Source: Candidatus Latescibacterota bacterium
GTDB lineage: Bacteria > Latescibacterota > UBA2968 > UBA8231
NCBI GenBank assembly: GCA_964291625.2
Contig: OZ220089.1
Coordinates: forward strand, 448,001 to 512,000
DNA length: 64,000 bases
Direction of reading: 5' to 3'
The stretch's first letter is position 1, and each line of letters opens with the position of its first letter. This document shows positions 51,977-61,719 of this stretch, in pieces. A model generated the notes under the pieces. That model was not told the DNA's origin and ran no database searches. It worked only from the letters and a program-made list of their open reading frames with translations. The translations under genes and the position numbers were made by a program.

Positions 51977-52274
51977 GCGAACCAGCTCTGATTGTGGTTA
52001 CGGGGAGTCGGGTGCGAATACGTCGATGGGAAGGCGAGGAAGGACGTGGCGCTTGATGGACCTTGCCACACATTCGGGACATTGCGCGCCTGCTTCACTC
52101 GCGCCTTGAGAGAGAGCACGCCGGAGTGGTGCTCCGCCGATCCTCACGCTGATCGAGCACCCACTTCGGGAGTGGCAAGACCCAAACGCTCACTTCCCTC
52201 AGACTCTTGGGGGCTGGTCCCGATACTCATGAAGAGATCCCACCTCCTCGATCACCTCCCACCGCGGAGGACAC

Positions 52275-52305
52275 CTTGAAGGCCGCCCGCCTGCGCGCCG
52301 CCCGC
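52275..52305 (+). repeat. Direct repeat copy 2 (5' end of the dehydrogenase gene)
   Basis: Exactly 900 bp downstream of copy 1. Confidence 0.95.
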
Positions 52306-53259
52306 CACTGGGAGTTCGTCGACGTGGACGAGCCGGTCCCGGGGGCGGGACAGATGCGCGTGCGCCTGGAGCAGGTCGCCGTCTGCGGCAGCGACCTGCC
52401 CGAGTTCCTCGGCGTTTACCCCGGATTTCCCAAGGCCGCGGGCGGCACCGGACACGAGGCGATCGGCCGCGTCGACAGCTGTCCCTCGGGTTCCTACGCC
52501 GAGGGCGAACGGGTTTTGCTGTGGGGTTTCGACCGCGTCCACGGCCTGTTCCAGGAAGCCGTCCTCACCCGGGATCAGGGTCTGCTGCGGCTGCCTTCGG
52601 ACGAAGTGCCCGAGCGGGTGCTGCTGACCCAACTCCTGGGCACCGTGATCCGCCCCTTCCGCAAGCTCGGCAACGTCATCAACCAGCGCGCCGTCATCCT
52701 CGGCCAGGGGCCGGCGGGGCTGCTGTTCACCGCCGTGCTGCGCAACCTCGGGGCCCGCGACATCGTCGCCGTGGAACCCCTCGACTGGCGGCGGGAATTC
52801 GCGGCACGGATGGGGGCGACCCACACCGTCGATCCCACCGCCGTCGATCCCGTGGAAGCCGTGGGCGAGATCACCGACGGGGCGATGGCCGACCTGGTGG
52901 TGGAAGCCGTGGGCGGCGCCGAGACCTACGGGGCCGCCGCCGTCCTGTGCCGCCGGGGCGGCGCCGTGGTCGGCTTCGGGGTGCCCGACAAGCAGGTCCC
53001 CGGGGGCGTCCTCGACCTGCCGCTGTTGGAGATGCAGCGCCGCGAGATCAACCTGGTGATGACCCTCAACGCCGGCGACCAGCCGTACGACGACTACGCC
53101 AACGCCCTCGCCTGGATCGAGGAGGGGCGCCTCGACCTGTCCGGCCTCGTGAGCCACGTGCTCCCCTTCGCCGAGATCCAGCGCGCCTTCGAGCTGGCCG
53201 CCGACAGGCCGGCGCCGGAACGGCCCGCCAAGATCGTCCTCTCCTTCGAGGCGCCCTGA
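52276..53259 (+). CDS. Zinc-binding alcohol/sugar dehydrogenase
   Basis: VCGSD, GHE, ILGQGPAG; GGAGG RBS with TTG start. Confidence 0.9.
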   Translation: MKAARLRAARHWEFVDVDEPVPGAGQMRVRLEQVAVCGSDLPEFLGVYPGFPKAAGGTGHEAIGRVDSCPSGSYAEGERVLLWGFDRVHGLFQEAVLTRDQGLLRLPSDEVPERVLLTQLLGTVIRPFRKLGNVINQRAVILGQGPAGLLFTAVLRNLGARDIVAVEPLDWRREFAARMGATHTVDPTAVDPVEAVGEITDGAMADLVVEAVGGAETYGAAAVLCRRGGAVVGFGVPDKQVPGGVLDLPLLEMQRREINLVMTLNAGDQPYDDYANALAWIEEGRLDLSGLVSHVLPFAEIQRAFELAADRPAPERPAKIVLSFEAP

Positions 53260-53981
53260 CCCCCCTCCTTCTCAGCGCCACCGCCTTCGAGCAGGATCAG
53301 GTGGCGGCCGGCCTGGACCAGCCCCTGCGGCAGTCGGTGGCCGGCCGGCAGTGGACGCGGGGAGCCCTGGGAGGGCGGACGGTGCAGGTCGTGGAGACCG
53401 GCCTCGGCGCGGTGAACACGGCCCACGCCCTGACCCGCAGCCTGCAGATGGAGCTTCCCCCGTGGGTGCTGCAGTTCGGGGTGGGCGGCGCCTACGAGAG
53501 CTCCGGCCTCGGCCTGGGGGACCTGGCCGTGGCCACGACGGAGAGCTTCGGCGACCTCGGCGTCATCACCCCCGCCGGCTGGCGTTCCGCCGAGGAGATC
53601 GGCATCCCCGTGGCCCAGGCCGGGGGCGAGAGCCGCTACAACGAGTACCCCCTCGACGCGGAGCTGGGCCGGGCCGCTGCGGCGGCCCTGAAGGAGCGGA
53701 TGGAGGCCCGCGTGGCCCAGGGTCCCTTCGTCACCGTGCAGGCCTGCAGCGGCACGGCGGCCCTCGGCCGCGAGAGGGCCGCCCGGGCGCCGGGGGCCCT
53801 GTGCGAGAGCATGGAGGGGGCCGCCGCGGCCCAACTCTGCTGGATGTATGGCGTGCCCCTGGTGGAGGTCCGCGCCATCAGCAACCGGGTGGAGGACCGG
53901 GACACGGCGGCCTGGGACCTGCCCCTGGCCGGCCGCCGCGCCCAGGAGGCGGCGCGGGTCCTGGTGGAGGTTCTGCCATGA
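53256..53981 (+). CDS. mqnB: Futalosine hydrolase (probable CTG start)
   Basis: LLLSATAFE, TGLGAVNTA, FGDLGV, ESMEGAA, EVRAISNRVEDRD...WDL; immediately upstream of mqnD. Confidence 0.88.
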   Translation: MTPLLLSATAFEQDQVAAGLDQPLRQSVAGRQWTRGALGGRTVQVVETGLGAVNTAHALTRSLQMELPPWVLQFGVGGAYESSGLGLGDLAVATTESFGDLGVITPAGWRSAEEIGIPVAQAGGESRYNEYPLDAELGRAAAAALKERMEARVAQGPFVTVQACSGTAALGRERAARAPGALCESMEGAAAAQLCWMYGVPLVEVRAISNRVEDRDTAAWDLPLAGRRAQEAARVLVEVLP

Positions 53982-54808
53982 GCCAGCCGCTGTCCCTCGG
54001 CTACTCCCCCTGCCCCAACGACACCTTCATCTTCTACGCCCTCGTCCACGGGCGGGTCCCCGGGGCGCCGGCGGTGAAGGAGGTCCTCCTCGACATCGAG
54101 ACTCTCAACGGCATGGCCGCCCGCTCCGAGCTGGACGTGGTGAAGGTCTCCTTCCACGCCCTGGGACACCTGCTCGGCGACTACTGCCTGCTGCGCTCCG
54201 GCGGCGCCCTCGGCCGCGGCTGCGGCCCCCTCGTCGTCGCCCGCGAGAGCCTCGAGCCCGGCGAGCTGGCCGGCCTGCGCGTGGCCATCCCCGGGCGGCG
54301 GACCACGGCGGCCCTGCTCCTGCGCCTCTTCGCCCCCGGCCTCGGGCGGACCGTGGAGATGCCCTTCCACCGCATCATGGGCGCCGTGCGCGACGGCGAG
54401 GCCGACGCCGGGGTCATCATCCACGAGAGCCGCTTCACCTTCCAGCGCTACGGGCTGCACCGCGTCCTCGACTTGGGCGAGTGGTGGGAGCGGACCACCG
54501 GCCACGCCATCCCGCTGGGAGGCATCGCCGCCCGCCGCCGGCTCGGGTCCGGGGAAGTCCACCGTCTCGAGGACGGCCTGCGGCGCAGCGTCGAGTACGC
54601 CCACGCCCATCCCGGCGAGGTGCGCGGCTACGTGGCCGGCCAGGCCCAGGAGATGGACCCCGAGGTCATGGAGGCCCACATCGAGCTCTACGTGAACGAC
54701 TACACCCTCGATTACGGCGGCGACGGCCGGGCCGCCATCGAGGAGCTGATGACGCTAGCCGAGAGGGAGGGCATCCTGCCGGCCGGCGGCCCTCCCCTCT
54801 TTCTGTGA
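53978..54808 (+). CDS. mqnD: 1,4-dihydroxy-6-naphthoate synthase
   Basis: GYSPCPNDTFIF, GALGRGCGP, IIHESRFT, HIELYVN. Confidence 0.95.
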   Translation: MSQPLSLGYSPCPNDTFIFYALVHGRVPGAPAVKEVLLDIETLNGMAARSELDVVKVSFHALGHLLGDYCLLRSGGALGRGCGPLVVARESLEPGELAGLRVAIPGRRTTAALLLRLFAPGLGRTVEMPFHRIMGAVRDGEADAGVIIHESRFTFQRYGLHRVLDLGEWWERTTGHAIPLGGIAARRRLGSGEVHRLEDGLRRSVEYAHAHPGEVRGYVAGQAQEMDPEVMEAHIELYVNDYTLDYGGDGRAAIEELMTLAEREGILPAGGPPLFL

Positions 54809-54821
54809 CGCGAGAGGTCCC

Positions 54822-55853
54822 ATGAGACTGCTGCAGTTCCGAGACCCGGCCTCCGGCCGCGAGCACCTGGGGCTGGTGGACGGCGGGGAGGTGATCGACC
54901 TGAGCCAGGGCGGCGGACCCGGCTCGGTCTACGAGCTCTACTACGGCGGCGGCGGCGACACGGACGGCTTCGGGGTTGCCCTGGGCGCCGTCGTCCGGGC
55001 GGCCGGCGACCACCGGCGGTTGTGCCTGGACGAGCTGCTCCAGGGGCGGGGCCCCTCCGCCCCTCACCTGCTGAAGCCGGTGAGCGCGCCGGCGGACCGG
55101 CCCCGGGGCCTGCGCGTGTGGCTGGCGGGGGTCACCCACGAGGACAGCGCCAAGCTGCGCGAGATCGAGGCGCAGCAGGCCACCGGCGAGGCGGTGAACG
55201 TGTACGACCAGAAGTACCGCGAGTGCGCCGCCGGCGGCCGGCCGGAGCTGTTCTCCAAGGACGACCCCGCCGCCGTCGTCGGCCACGGCCAGGCCCTGAC
55301 GCGGCCGGCGGAGACCGAGCGCCTGGTGCCGGAGACGGAGCTGGTCACGGTGTACGGACTCAACCGCGCCGGCCAGGTGGAGCGCCTCGGATACACCGGC
55401 GGTGACGACGCCACCGACAACGGCATGGAGGCGGCCAACCCCCTGAACCTGCCCCAGGCCAAGAACTGGGCCGGGGGCTGCGCCAGCCTGGGGCCGCTGC
55501 TGGTGACGGCCGACGAGTACGACGACCGCCGGGTCACGGTGAGCTGCGAGATCCTGCGCGCCGGCCGGCGGGTCGGCTTCAAGAAGGGGGATACCGGCCG
55601 GGACCACCTCAACATGCCCGACGGGCTGCTGCACATGGAGCGCACCCTCTTCCGCCGGATGCCCCTGGAGCCGGGACAGCTGCAGGCCCTCTACTGGGGC
55701 ACGCCGATCGTGTTCTCCGAGGCGGATCTGGCCGACGGGCTGCAGGCGGGCGACGTGGTACGCATGACCTTCTCCGGCGGGATCGGCACCCTCGAGAACG
55801 AGATCGAGCCCTTGGAGGAAACCGGTCAACTGAGGGCGCTGGAAGGAGGCTGA
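54822..55853 (+). CDS. Fumarylacetoacetate-hydrolase-family protein
   Basis: VWLAGVT, RPELFSK, VPETEL, ANPLNLPQAK, GIGTLEN. Confidence 0.82.
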   Translation: MRLLQFRDPASGREHLGLVDGGEVIDLSQGGGPGSVYELYYGGGGDTDGFGVALGAVVRAAGDHRRLCLDELLQGRGPSAPHLLKPVSAPADRPRGLRVWLAGVTHEDSAKLREIEAQQATGEAVNVYDQKYRECAAGGRPELFSKDDPAAVVGHGQALTRPAETERLVPETELVTVYGLNRAGQVERLGYTGGDDATDNGMEAANPLNLPQAKNWAGGCASLGPLLVTADEYDDRRVTVSCEILRAGRRVGFKKGDTGRDHLNMPDGLLHMERTLFRRMPLEPGQLQALYWGTPIVFSEADLADGLQAGDVVRMTFSGGIGTLENEIEPLEETGQLRALEGG

Positions 55854-55977
55854 CCGCCGCCGCTGGACCGCAGGTCGAAGGCCAGGGAACGTTTGCTTCC
55901 GGGTACCAGTGGCGGTCTGTTGATTCCCGGCGCGGCGACTATATTCGCATGACCCCGCCAGACCCCGGGAGCCCGGT

Positions 55978-56379
55978 ATGAGCGAAGGCGCCAACCCTCC
56001 GAGGCGTGCAGTCCCCGACCCCGAGGAAATGCCTTGGAGCATCAGCTATCTGCGCGACGACATCAGGGAGTTGCGCGCTGAAATGGTGGCCCAGTTCGGG
56101 GCCGTCCACAACCGCATCGGCGAGACCGACCGCTCCCTGAGCGGCCGTATCGACGAAACCAACCGCTCCCTTGGCGACCGTATCGACGAAACCAACCGCT
56201 CGCTGGGCGAACGCATCGACGAAACCAACCGCTCGCTGACCGACCGCATCGACGAATTCAACCGCTCGCTGAGCGTCCGCATCGACGAGACCAACAAGCG
56301 CCTCGACACCCACTTCCGCTGGATCATGGGCACGCTGGTAACCCTCACCGGCGTCCTCATCGCGGTCATCAAGCTCTGA
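55978..56379 (+). CDS. C-terminally anchored hendecad coiled-coil protein (CCDC90/DUF1640-like)
   Basis: 11-aa repeats RIDETNRSLxx followed by RWIMG and a TM helix ending IKL. Confidence 0.75.
   Translation: MSEGANPPRRAVPDPEEMPWSISYLRDDIRELRAEMVAQFGAVHNRIGETDRSLSGRIDETNRSLGDRIDETNRSLGERIDETNRSLTDRIDEFNRSLSVRIDETNKRLDTHFRWIMGTLVTLTGVLIAVIKL
56113..56295 (+). repeat. 33-bp coding tandem repeat, about 5.5 copies
   Basis: CG(C/T)ATCGACGAAACCAACCGCTC(C/G)CT... units. Confidence 0.92.
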
Positions 56380-56406
56380 AGCCCCCGGGGGGGCGCCTGA
56401 CCGCTC

Positions 56407-57786
56407 TTGCCCTCCGACAAACGACCGAACGTCCTCTGGATCTACGGCGAGGACCTCTCCCCCGACCTGGGCTGCTACGGCACGCCCGCCGTCTCCACCC
56501 CGAACATCGACCGCCTCGCCTCCGAGGGCATCCGCCACACCCACGCCTTCATCACCGCGCCGGTCTGCTCCGCGAGCCGTTCGGCCCTGATCACCGGGAC
56601 CTGGCAGACCCACTTCGACGCCCATCATCACCGAAGCAACCGCGACCGGCCGCTGCGCGCCGACATGAGGCTCGTCACCGACCGCTTCCGCGAGGCCGGG
56701 TACTTCACCTGCAACAGCCAGGGGCCGCCCTTCGACCGGCCGGGCAAGACCGACTTCAACTTCCGGCGGGAACGTCCCTTCGACGGCGTCGACTGGAGCG
56801 AGCGCGCCCCGGGGCAGCCGTTCTACGGGCAGGTCAACATCCCCGACACGCACCGCGTCTTCCAGCCGGATCCGGAATCCCCCATCCCGCCGGAAGAGGT
56901 GGAGCTGCCGCCCTACTACCCGGACCATCCCCTCACCCGGAAGGACTGGGCCCTCTATCTCGAGAGCATCCAGATCCTCGACCGCAAGGTGGGCCAGATC
57001 CTGGAGCGCCTCGAGGCCGAGGGGATCGCGGAGGAGACGATCGTCTTCTTCCTCAGCGACCACGGACGGGCCCACCCCCGCTGCAAGCAGTTCCTCTACG
57101 ACGGCGGCCTCCGCATGCCCCTCGTCGTCCGCTGGCCCGGCCGCCTCGAGGCCGGACTCGTCTGCGACCGCCTCGTCAGCGGCGTCGACCTCGCCCCCAC
57201 GGCCCTGGCCCTCGCCGGCGTCGAGATCCCCGGCCTCGTGCAGGGGCAGGTCTTCCTCGGGCCCGATGCCGTTGATCGGGGCGCCGTGTACGCCGCCCGC
57301 GACCGCTGCGACGGCACCGACGACCGCATCCGCTGCATACGCACCCGCCGCCACAAGCTGATCCGCAACTACCACCCCGACCGTCCGTACATGCAGTTCA
57401 ACGGCTACAAGAAGCTGCAGTACCCGCTCTGGACGCTGATGCCGCTGCTGGCGGCAAGGGGTGAGCTGTCCCCCGCGCAGCAGTCCTTCCTCGAGCCGAC
57501 CCGGCCCCCGGAGGAGCTCTACGACCTGGAGGCGGATCCCCACGAGCTGCACAACCTGGCGGGGGACCCGGCCCATGAGGGGGTGAGGAGCCGGCTGGCG
57601 GAACGTCTCGAAGCCTGGATCGCGGAGACGGGGGACATGGGCGAGAGGCCGGAACCTGCGGAAGTGCGGGCCTATTGGGACGAGCACATGGCCGCGGGTT
57701 TCAGGCGGGCCATGGAGGGGCGGGGCCTGTCGCCGGAGATCAGCGACGCGGACTACGTGAAGTGGTGGGAGGGGCAGTTGCTGTAG
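56407..57786 (+). CDS. Sulfatase
   Basis: RPNVLWI, TPNIDRLA, CSASRSALITG (CxxxR), SDHG, EELYDL..DP.E; TTG start. Confidence 0.95.
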   Translation: MPSDKRPNVLWIYGEDLSPDLGCYGTPAVSTPNIDRLASEGIRHTHAFITAPVCSASRSALITGTWQTHFDAHHHRSNRDRPLRADMRLVTDRFREAGYFTCNSQGPPFDRPGKTDFNFRRERPFDGVDWSERAPGQPFYGQVNIPDTHRVFQPDPESPIPPEEVELPPYYPDHPLTRKDWALYLESIQILDRKVGQILERLEAEGIAEETIVFFLSDHGRAHPRCKQFLYDGGLRMPLVVRWPGRLEAGLVCDRLVSGVDLAPTALALAGVEIPGLVQGQVFLGPDAVDRGAVYAARDRCDGTDDRIRCIRTRRHKLIRNYHPDRPYMQFNGYKKLQYPLWTLMPLLAARGELSPAQQSFLEPTRPPEELYDLEADPHELHNLAGDPAHEGVRSRLAERLEAWIAETGDMGERPEPAEVRAYWDEHMAAGFRRAMEGRGLSPEISDADYVKWWEGQLL

Positions 57787-57895
57787 ACCGCCGCTACTGT
57801 GCGAGCATTCCGACCCCCTCGCCCACGATGTCTGGTACTCACCCGGAAGCCGCCGCGTTGGCCCGCCCTTCCATCACGGCGCATCGCTCCATTCT

Positions 57896-58492
57896 TCAGC
57901 CATGCGCAAGACGGGCGCTCAGCGGTTCCGCCAGCCAGATGGGCATGACGGCCCGGGCGGCCCCGAGCTCATCCCGATCCTCATCGGACAGTTGGGGGAG
58001 GACCGTTTCGAGACCGTCCTCGACCTCCTCGGGCCCCAGCCACGCCAGGGCGCGAATGGCGTCCCCGGCCTTGCGGTGCGGGGCCGTCAGCTGCCAGCGC
58101 GGGGCGTGGCGCAGCTCGACCGTGAGCGACCCGAACTGCAGCCGCCGGTTGGGGCCGGAGGTGAGATAGACCGGGCGCACCGGATTCTGGGTGGTCAGGC
58201 CCAGGCAGTTGGCCGCGGCACCTCCGGACGGCACGATCGGTTCGCCCCACAAGGCCGACAGCGCGGCGAGCGCTTTGTCGACGCTGGGGGCCCGAAGGCC
58301 GAAGCGGGTCTCGACGGGGCGCATGTAGACGCCCTGGCAGACGCGCATGAGGTGGGCCGATCGCGCAAGGCGCGACAATGCCTGGTCGACTGCCGCCCGC
58401 TTGCCGAGGTGCAGCAGTGCAGCCGGGCACAGCGGCGCAGCCTCCGGAAGCGTGGCGGCATGCTCCATGATGCGCCGGGGAAGCCCCCGCAT
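57896..58492 (-). CDS. DUF6088 / AbiEi-like (type IV TA) antitoxin
   Basis: RAAVDQALSRL...GVY, SGGAAANCLGLTTQNP, YLTSG. Confidence 0.85.
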   Translation of the reverse strand: MRGLPRRIMEHAATLPEAAPLCPAALLHLGKRAAVDQALSRLARSAHLMRVCQGVYMRPVETRFGLRAPSVDKALAALSALWGEPIVPSGGAAANCLGLTTQNPVRPVYLTSGPNRRLQFGSLTVELRHAPRWQLTAPHRKAGDAIRALAWLGPEEVEDGLETVLPQLSDEDRDELGAARAVMPIWLAEPLSARLAHG

Positions 58493-58534
58493 GGTTCTGT
58501 TTCTCCCCTTGGGTCAGCAGGGCCGGCGCCGGCC

Positions 58535-59252
58535 TCAGCCCCCTTCGAACCGGTGCCGCTCAACCAGCTCGGCCATGCTGCCGAATCGGAAGTCCGGCTC
58601 CACCTCCTGCGGCGGCGGGGCCGTGGCGCCGCCCTCGCGGCCTCCGCGCCGGTCGATCCAGGCCGTGGCCAGACCCAGCGCCTTGGCCGGCACGTGGTCG
58701 TGGAAGAGGCTCTGCGCCACGTGCAGGATGCTCTCGGGGCCGGCGCCGAAGTCGGCGGCCACGCGCTCGAGGAGGAACTCGAAGTTGGCCGCCGCCGGCT
58801 TGTACGAGCCGATCTCCTCGGCGGTGAGCACCGCGTCCCAGGGATCGCCGAGGCGGGCGGCGCTGCCCCGGTAGCTGGCGCGGTCGCAGTTGGTCAGCGT
58901 CACGAGCCGGTGGTGGCCCTTCAGATAGCCCAGCGACGGGGCCGCGTCCTCGAAGGCGGGCCAGTCGCCGACCGACCGGCCGAAGCGGATGCTCTCGCTC
59001 TCGTCGGGTTCGCCGCCCCACCGACGGACCAGGCCGCGGTGGACGGCGGCCAGCAGGTCCGCGTAGAGCAGGCCGGGGTTCGCCGCCTGGCAGGCCGACT
59101 CCTCCCGAGCGAAGGCGGCCAGGGCCTCGTCGCGACCGGGCGGATCGGCCAGCCGCGGGAGCAGCGGCTGCAGCGCCTCCCAGATCCCTCTCCCAGTCGA
59201 TCAGGGTCCCGTAGGTGTCGAAGGTGAGGACGGCGAAATCGCGCAGTCGCAT
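58535..59252 (-). pseudogene. HAD-superfamily haloacid dehalogenase, frameshifted near 59186-59189
   Basis: FDTYGTLIDWE lies in one frame; IWEALQPL...WPAFED...LTN...GSYKP...HVAQSLFHD continues in another. Confidence 0.8.
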
Positions 59253-59260
59253 CGGTCCCT

Positions 59261-60835
59261 CTACCCGGTGTGCTTGCGTGTGCCGCCCGGTGCGAGCCGT
59301 TCCTCGCGCCACGGGCTCTCCTCGCCGTCGCCGCGGGTCCGCCAGGAGAAGGCGAGAGGCTGCCCTCCCCCGTTGTGGAACACGACCTCCGCCGCGGCCG
59401 CCGCCCCGGGAAGGGGACGCACCAGTGAGAGCAGGGTCGGAGGCGGGTGGCTCCTGCCATCCTCCAGCCGGAACTCGAGCAGCGGCCTGACCTCTCCCCG
59501 GATCTCCCGCGTGCCCAGCAGCAGCGGGCCGTAGCATGCGGTGACCGCTCCCTGCCCCCAGTTGCGGCCGTGTCCCGCGGCCACCGAGCAGACCGCGCCT
59601 CCCATGTCGGCGTGTTCCCGACCGCCGCGCAACACGCGCCTCGCCATCTGCAGCCGGGTCCCGGCGTTCCGCAGGGCGCGAAGGGCGTACCCGACCTCCC
59701 CCGTCACCTGCCAGGCGAGGGTCAGGGTGGCCGTGGACGGCTCGCGGACCGGCCTCACCGATCCGTCCTCCGACCACTCGCCCCAGTACGCCATGTCCGC
59801 CCGCTTGCCCACACCCGGCGCCCGCATCCGCCGCTGTTGGGGAAAGACCAGGGCCAGCTGCTCGGGCGACTCTTCGGGCAGGGCTTCCAGCCCCGAACGG
59901 ATCTCCGGATCGAGGCCGGTGTCCGCGAAGGTCCAGCGGTACCAGCTCAGCGCCGCCGCCGCGGGATCGTTGTAGGGATCGTCGAGGCAGTCCACCAGGG
60001 GCTCCACGATCCGCCTCGCCGCCTCCCGGAAGACTTCGTCGCCGGACAGCAGCCACAGATCTCCCAGGGCGTAGACCGCGCCCGAGGCCAGCAGGTTCTC
60101 GATGCCGGCGAGCGGGTCCCCGGGAAGGTGGTGGCCGCTGGCCGCAAGGCGGTGCAGGCCCCGGGCCTCGACCTCGGCTTCGTCGAGCCCCTCGCCGTCG
60201 AGGGTCCAGAGGAGGGGCATCGGATCCGGCGCGAAGACCAGGCGCTCCGCCCGCTTGCGGCCATGGCCCAGGGCCCACTCCAGGTAGCGCTCCTCCCCTG
60301 TCACCCGGTGAGCGGCGAGGGCGATGTGGAGAAAGCGGAAGTGCTCGGCCAGCTCATAGGCGTCCGACTCGCCGTTGGTCACGCAACGGGTGCCGATGCG
60401 GTAGCCGATGAAGGTGTCCCGCGAGTAGTCGTACCACGGAGGGACCTCGGGCACCCAGTTGCCGATGTGCTCGGCGGCGTCCGCCAGCAGCGCGACGGCT
60501 TCGGCATCCTGGGCCCGCAGACCGATGTAGCGCGGCAGGAAGAGCAGGAAGGGTTCCGGCCCGTGATGGGCCTCGGCCTCGGGCTCGTACCCGTGGAAGC
60601 ACTCGCGCTCCACCCATCCCTTCAGCGCCGACTTCAGAGTCTCGAAGTGGCGCAGGACCTCCGAGTCGCCGGTGATCAGATAGTGGGGGAACCACGCCAG
60701 GGCGTAGTTGGCCTCGTCCTCGCCGCCGTCGTTGGGACCGGGCGGATCGAGGCGCCGGCTCTGCTGCAGCCAGCGGTCCATCTCGGTCCGCAGCTCGGTG
60801 TAGGCGGTGTAGCAGTTGTGGATCTGGTCCTTCAT
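59261..60835 (-). CDS. Hypothetical protein, possibly an (alpha/alpha)-barrel enzyme
   Basis: 524 aa with host-like codon usage; repeated helix-turn patterns (ITGDSEV, VTGEERY, LSGDEVF, VTGEVGY). Confidence 0.7.
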   Translation of the reverse strand: MKDQIHNCYTAYTELRTEMDRWLQQSRRLDPPGPNDGGEDEANYALAWFPHYLITGDSEVLRHFETLKSALKGWVERECFHGYEPEAEAHHGPEPFLLFLPRYIGLRAQDAEAVALLADAAEHIGNWVPEVPPWYDYSRDTFIGYRIGTRCVTNGESDAYELAEHFRFLHIALAAHRVTGEERYLEWALGHGRKRAERLVFAPDPMPLLWTLDGEGLDEAEVEARGLHRLAASGHHLPGDPLAGIENLLASGAVYALGDLWLLSGDEVFREAARRIVEPLVDCLDDPYNDPAAAALSWYRWTFADTGLDPEIRSGLEALPEESPEQLALVFPQQRRMRAPGVGKRADMAYWGEWSEDGSVRPVREPSTATLTLAWQVTGEVGYALRALRNAGTRLQMARRVLRGGREHADMGGAVCSVAAGHGRNWGQGAVTACYGPLLLGTREIRGEVRPLLEFRLEDGRSHPPPTLLSLVRPLPGAAAAAEVVFHNGGGQPLAFSWRTRGDGEESPWREERLAPGGTRKHTG

Positions 60836-61719
60836 CCTGGCAGGGCTCCTGTATTGCAGATGAACCGGTGCTCGACTGACAGCAAAGGAGAGAATTAGGG
60901 TCGCCCTTCCCGACCGATGTCAAGGCCTCGGAAGGTTCCCTCCGGGGGCTGAAAGAGCGGGCACTCTTTCCAGCCGGTCTGCTCTCGCGCCGTCCGCGAA
61001 CCCCGGTCGAGTCCGGATCTTTCACCCAGACACCTGAAAGGTGCCGATGGGTGGTCCCCAGCGGCCAGTCCGGGTTCTCCGACAACAGCGTGGGTTGGCA
61101 CAGCCGTCTGGGGCGCGATCCTGGGACACCAGGGCCAGAACCCTCGGCCCTACCCCCCGGCAAGTCCTCCAGCCCGGACGGTCTCTTTAGTTCCGGCCGC
61201 ATGGGTAGCTCTGGGCCGCCTAGCGGGTCCGTTGTACGAATCGTCCCTGTCCCCTTCCTGTCCCTTTCCCTGAGCGTCCACCCCCCTCCCGACTTTCCTA
61301 TTCCGAAGTCACCCTCTGGAGCGGGGTCTCTCCAGCGTCAGGACCACACCCAGGTTTGCACACCCGCATCTTGGGGACACTATATTGCCGGCCGGAATCG
61401 CATTGGCTACACCCGGGAAGGAAGAGTAGAATTGACGGTCACACTGGGATTGCTTCTCCTTCGGCATCTCTGCGACCGCTGACGCTCCCGGTCGAGACCC
61501 CCTATGGCAGTGTCGGGGCGCTGGAGTTGGAGAGCCCCGCACAAAGAGCAGAAGGGCGAGAGAAGCACCTCACGGCCCTGATGGCAGTGCTTCGCCGATC
61601 CCAAGGTGCGTCTCGGGCACGGGTCCGAGAGAAGGCTGGTAGCCCGGCGGCTCAGCAGCATGGGATGGAATAGGGTATCTGAAGGGAACAGTACCTGAAC
61701 CTATCGGAAGCATCGTATC

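Noticed and set aside
56113-56295. 33-bp repeats as a possible CRISPR or mini-array
   Set aside because: Head-to-tail coding repeats without spacers
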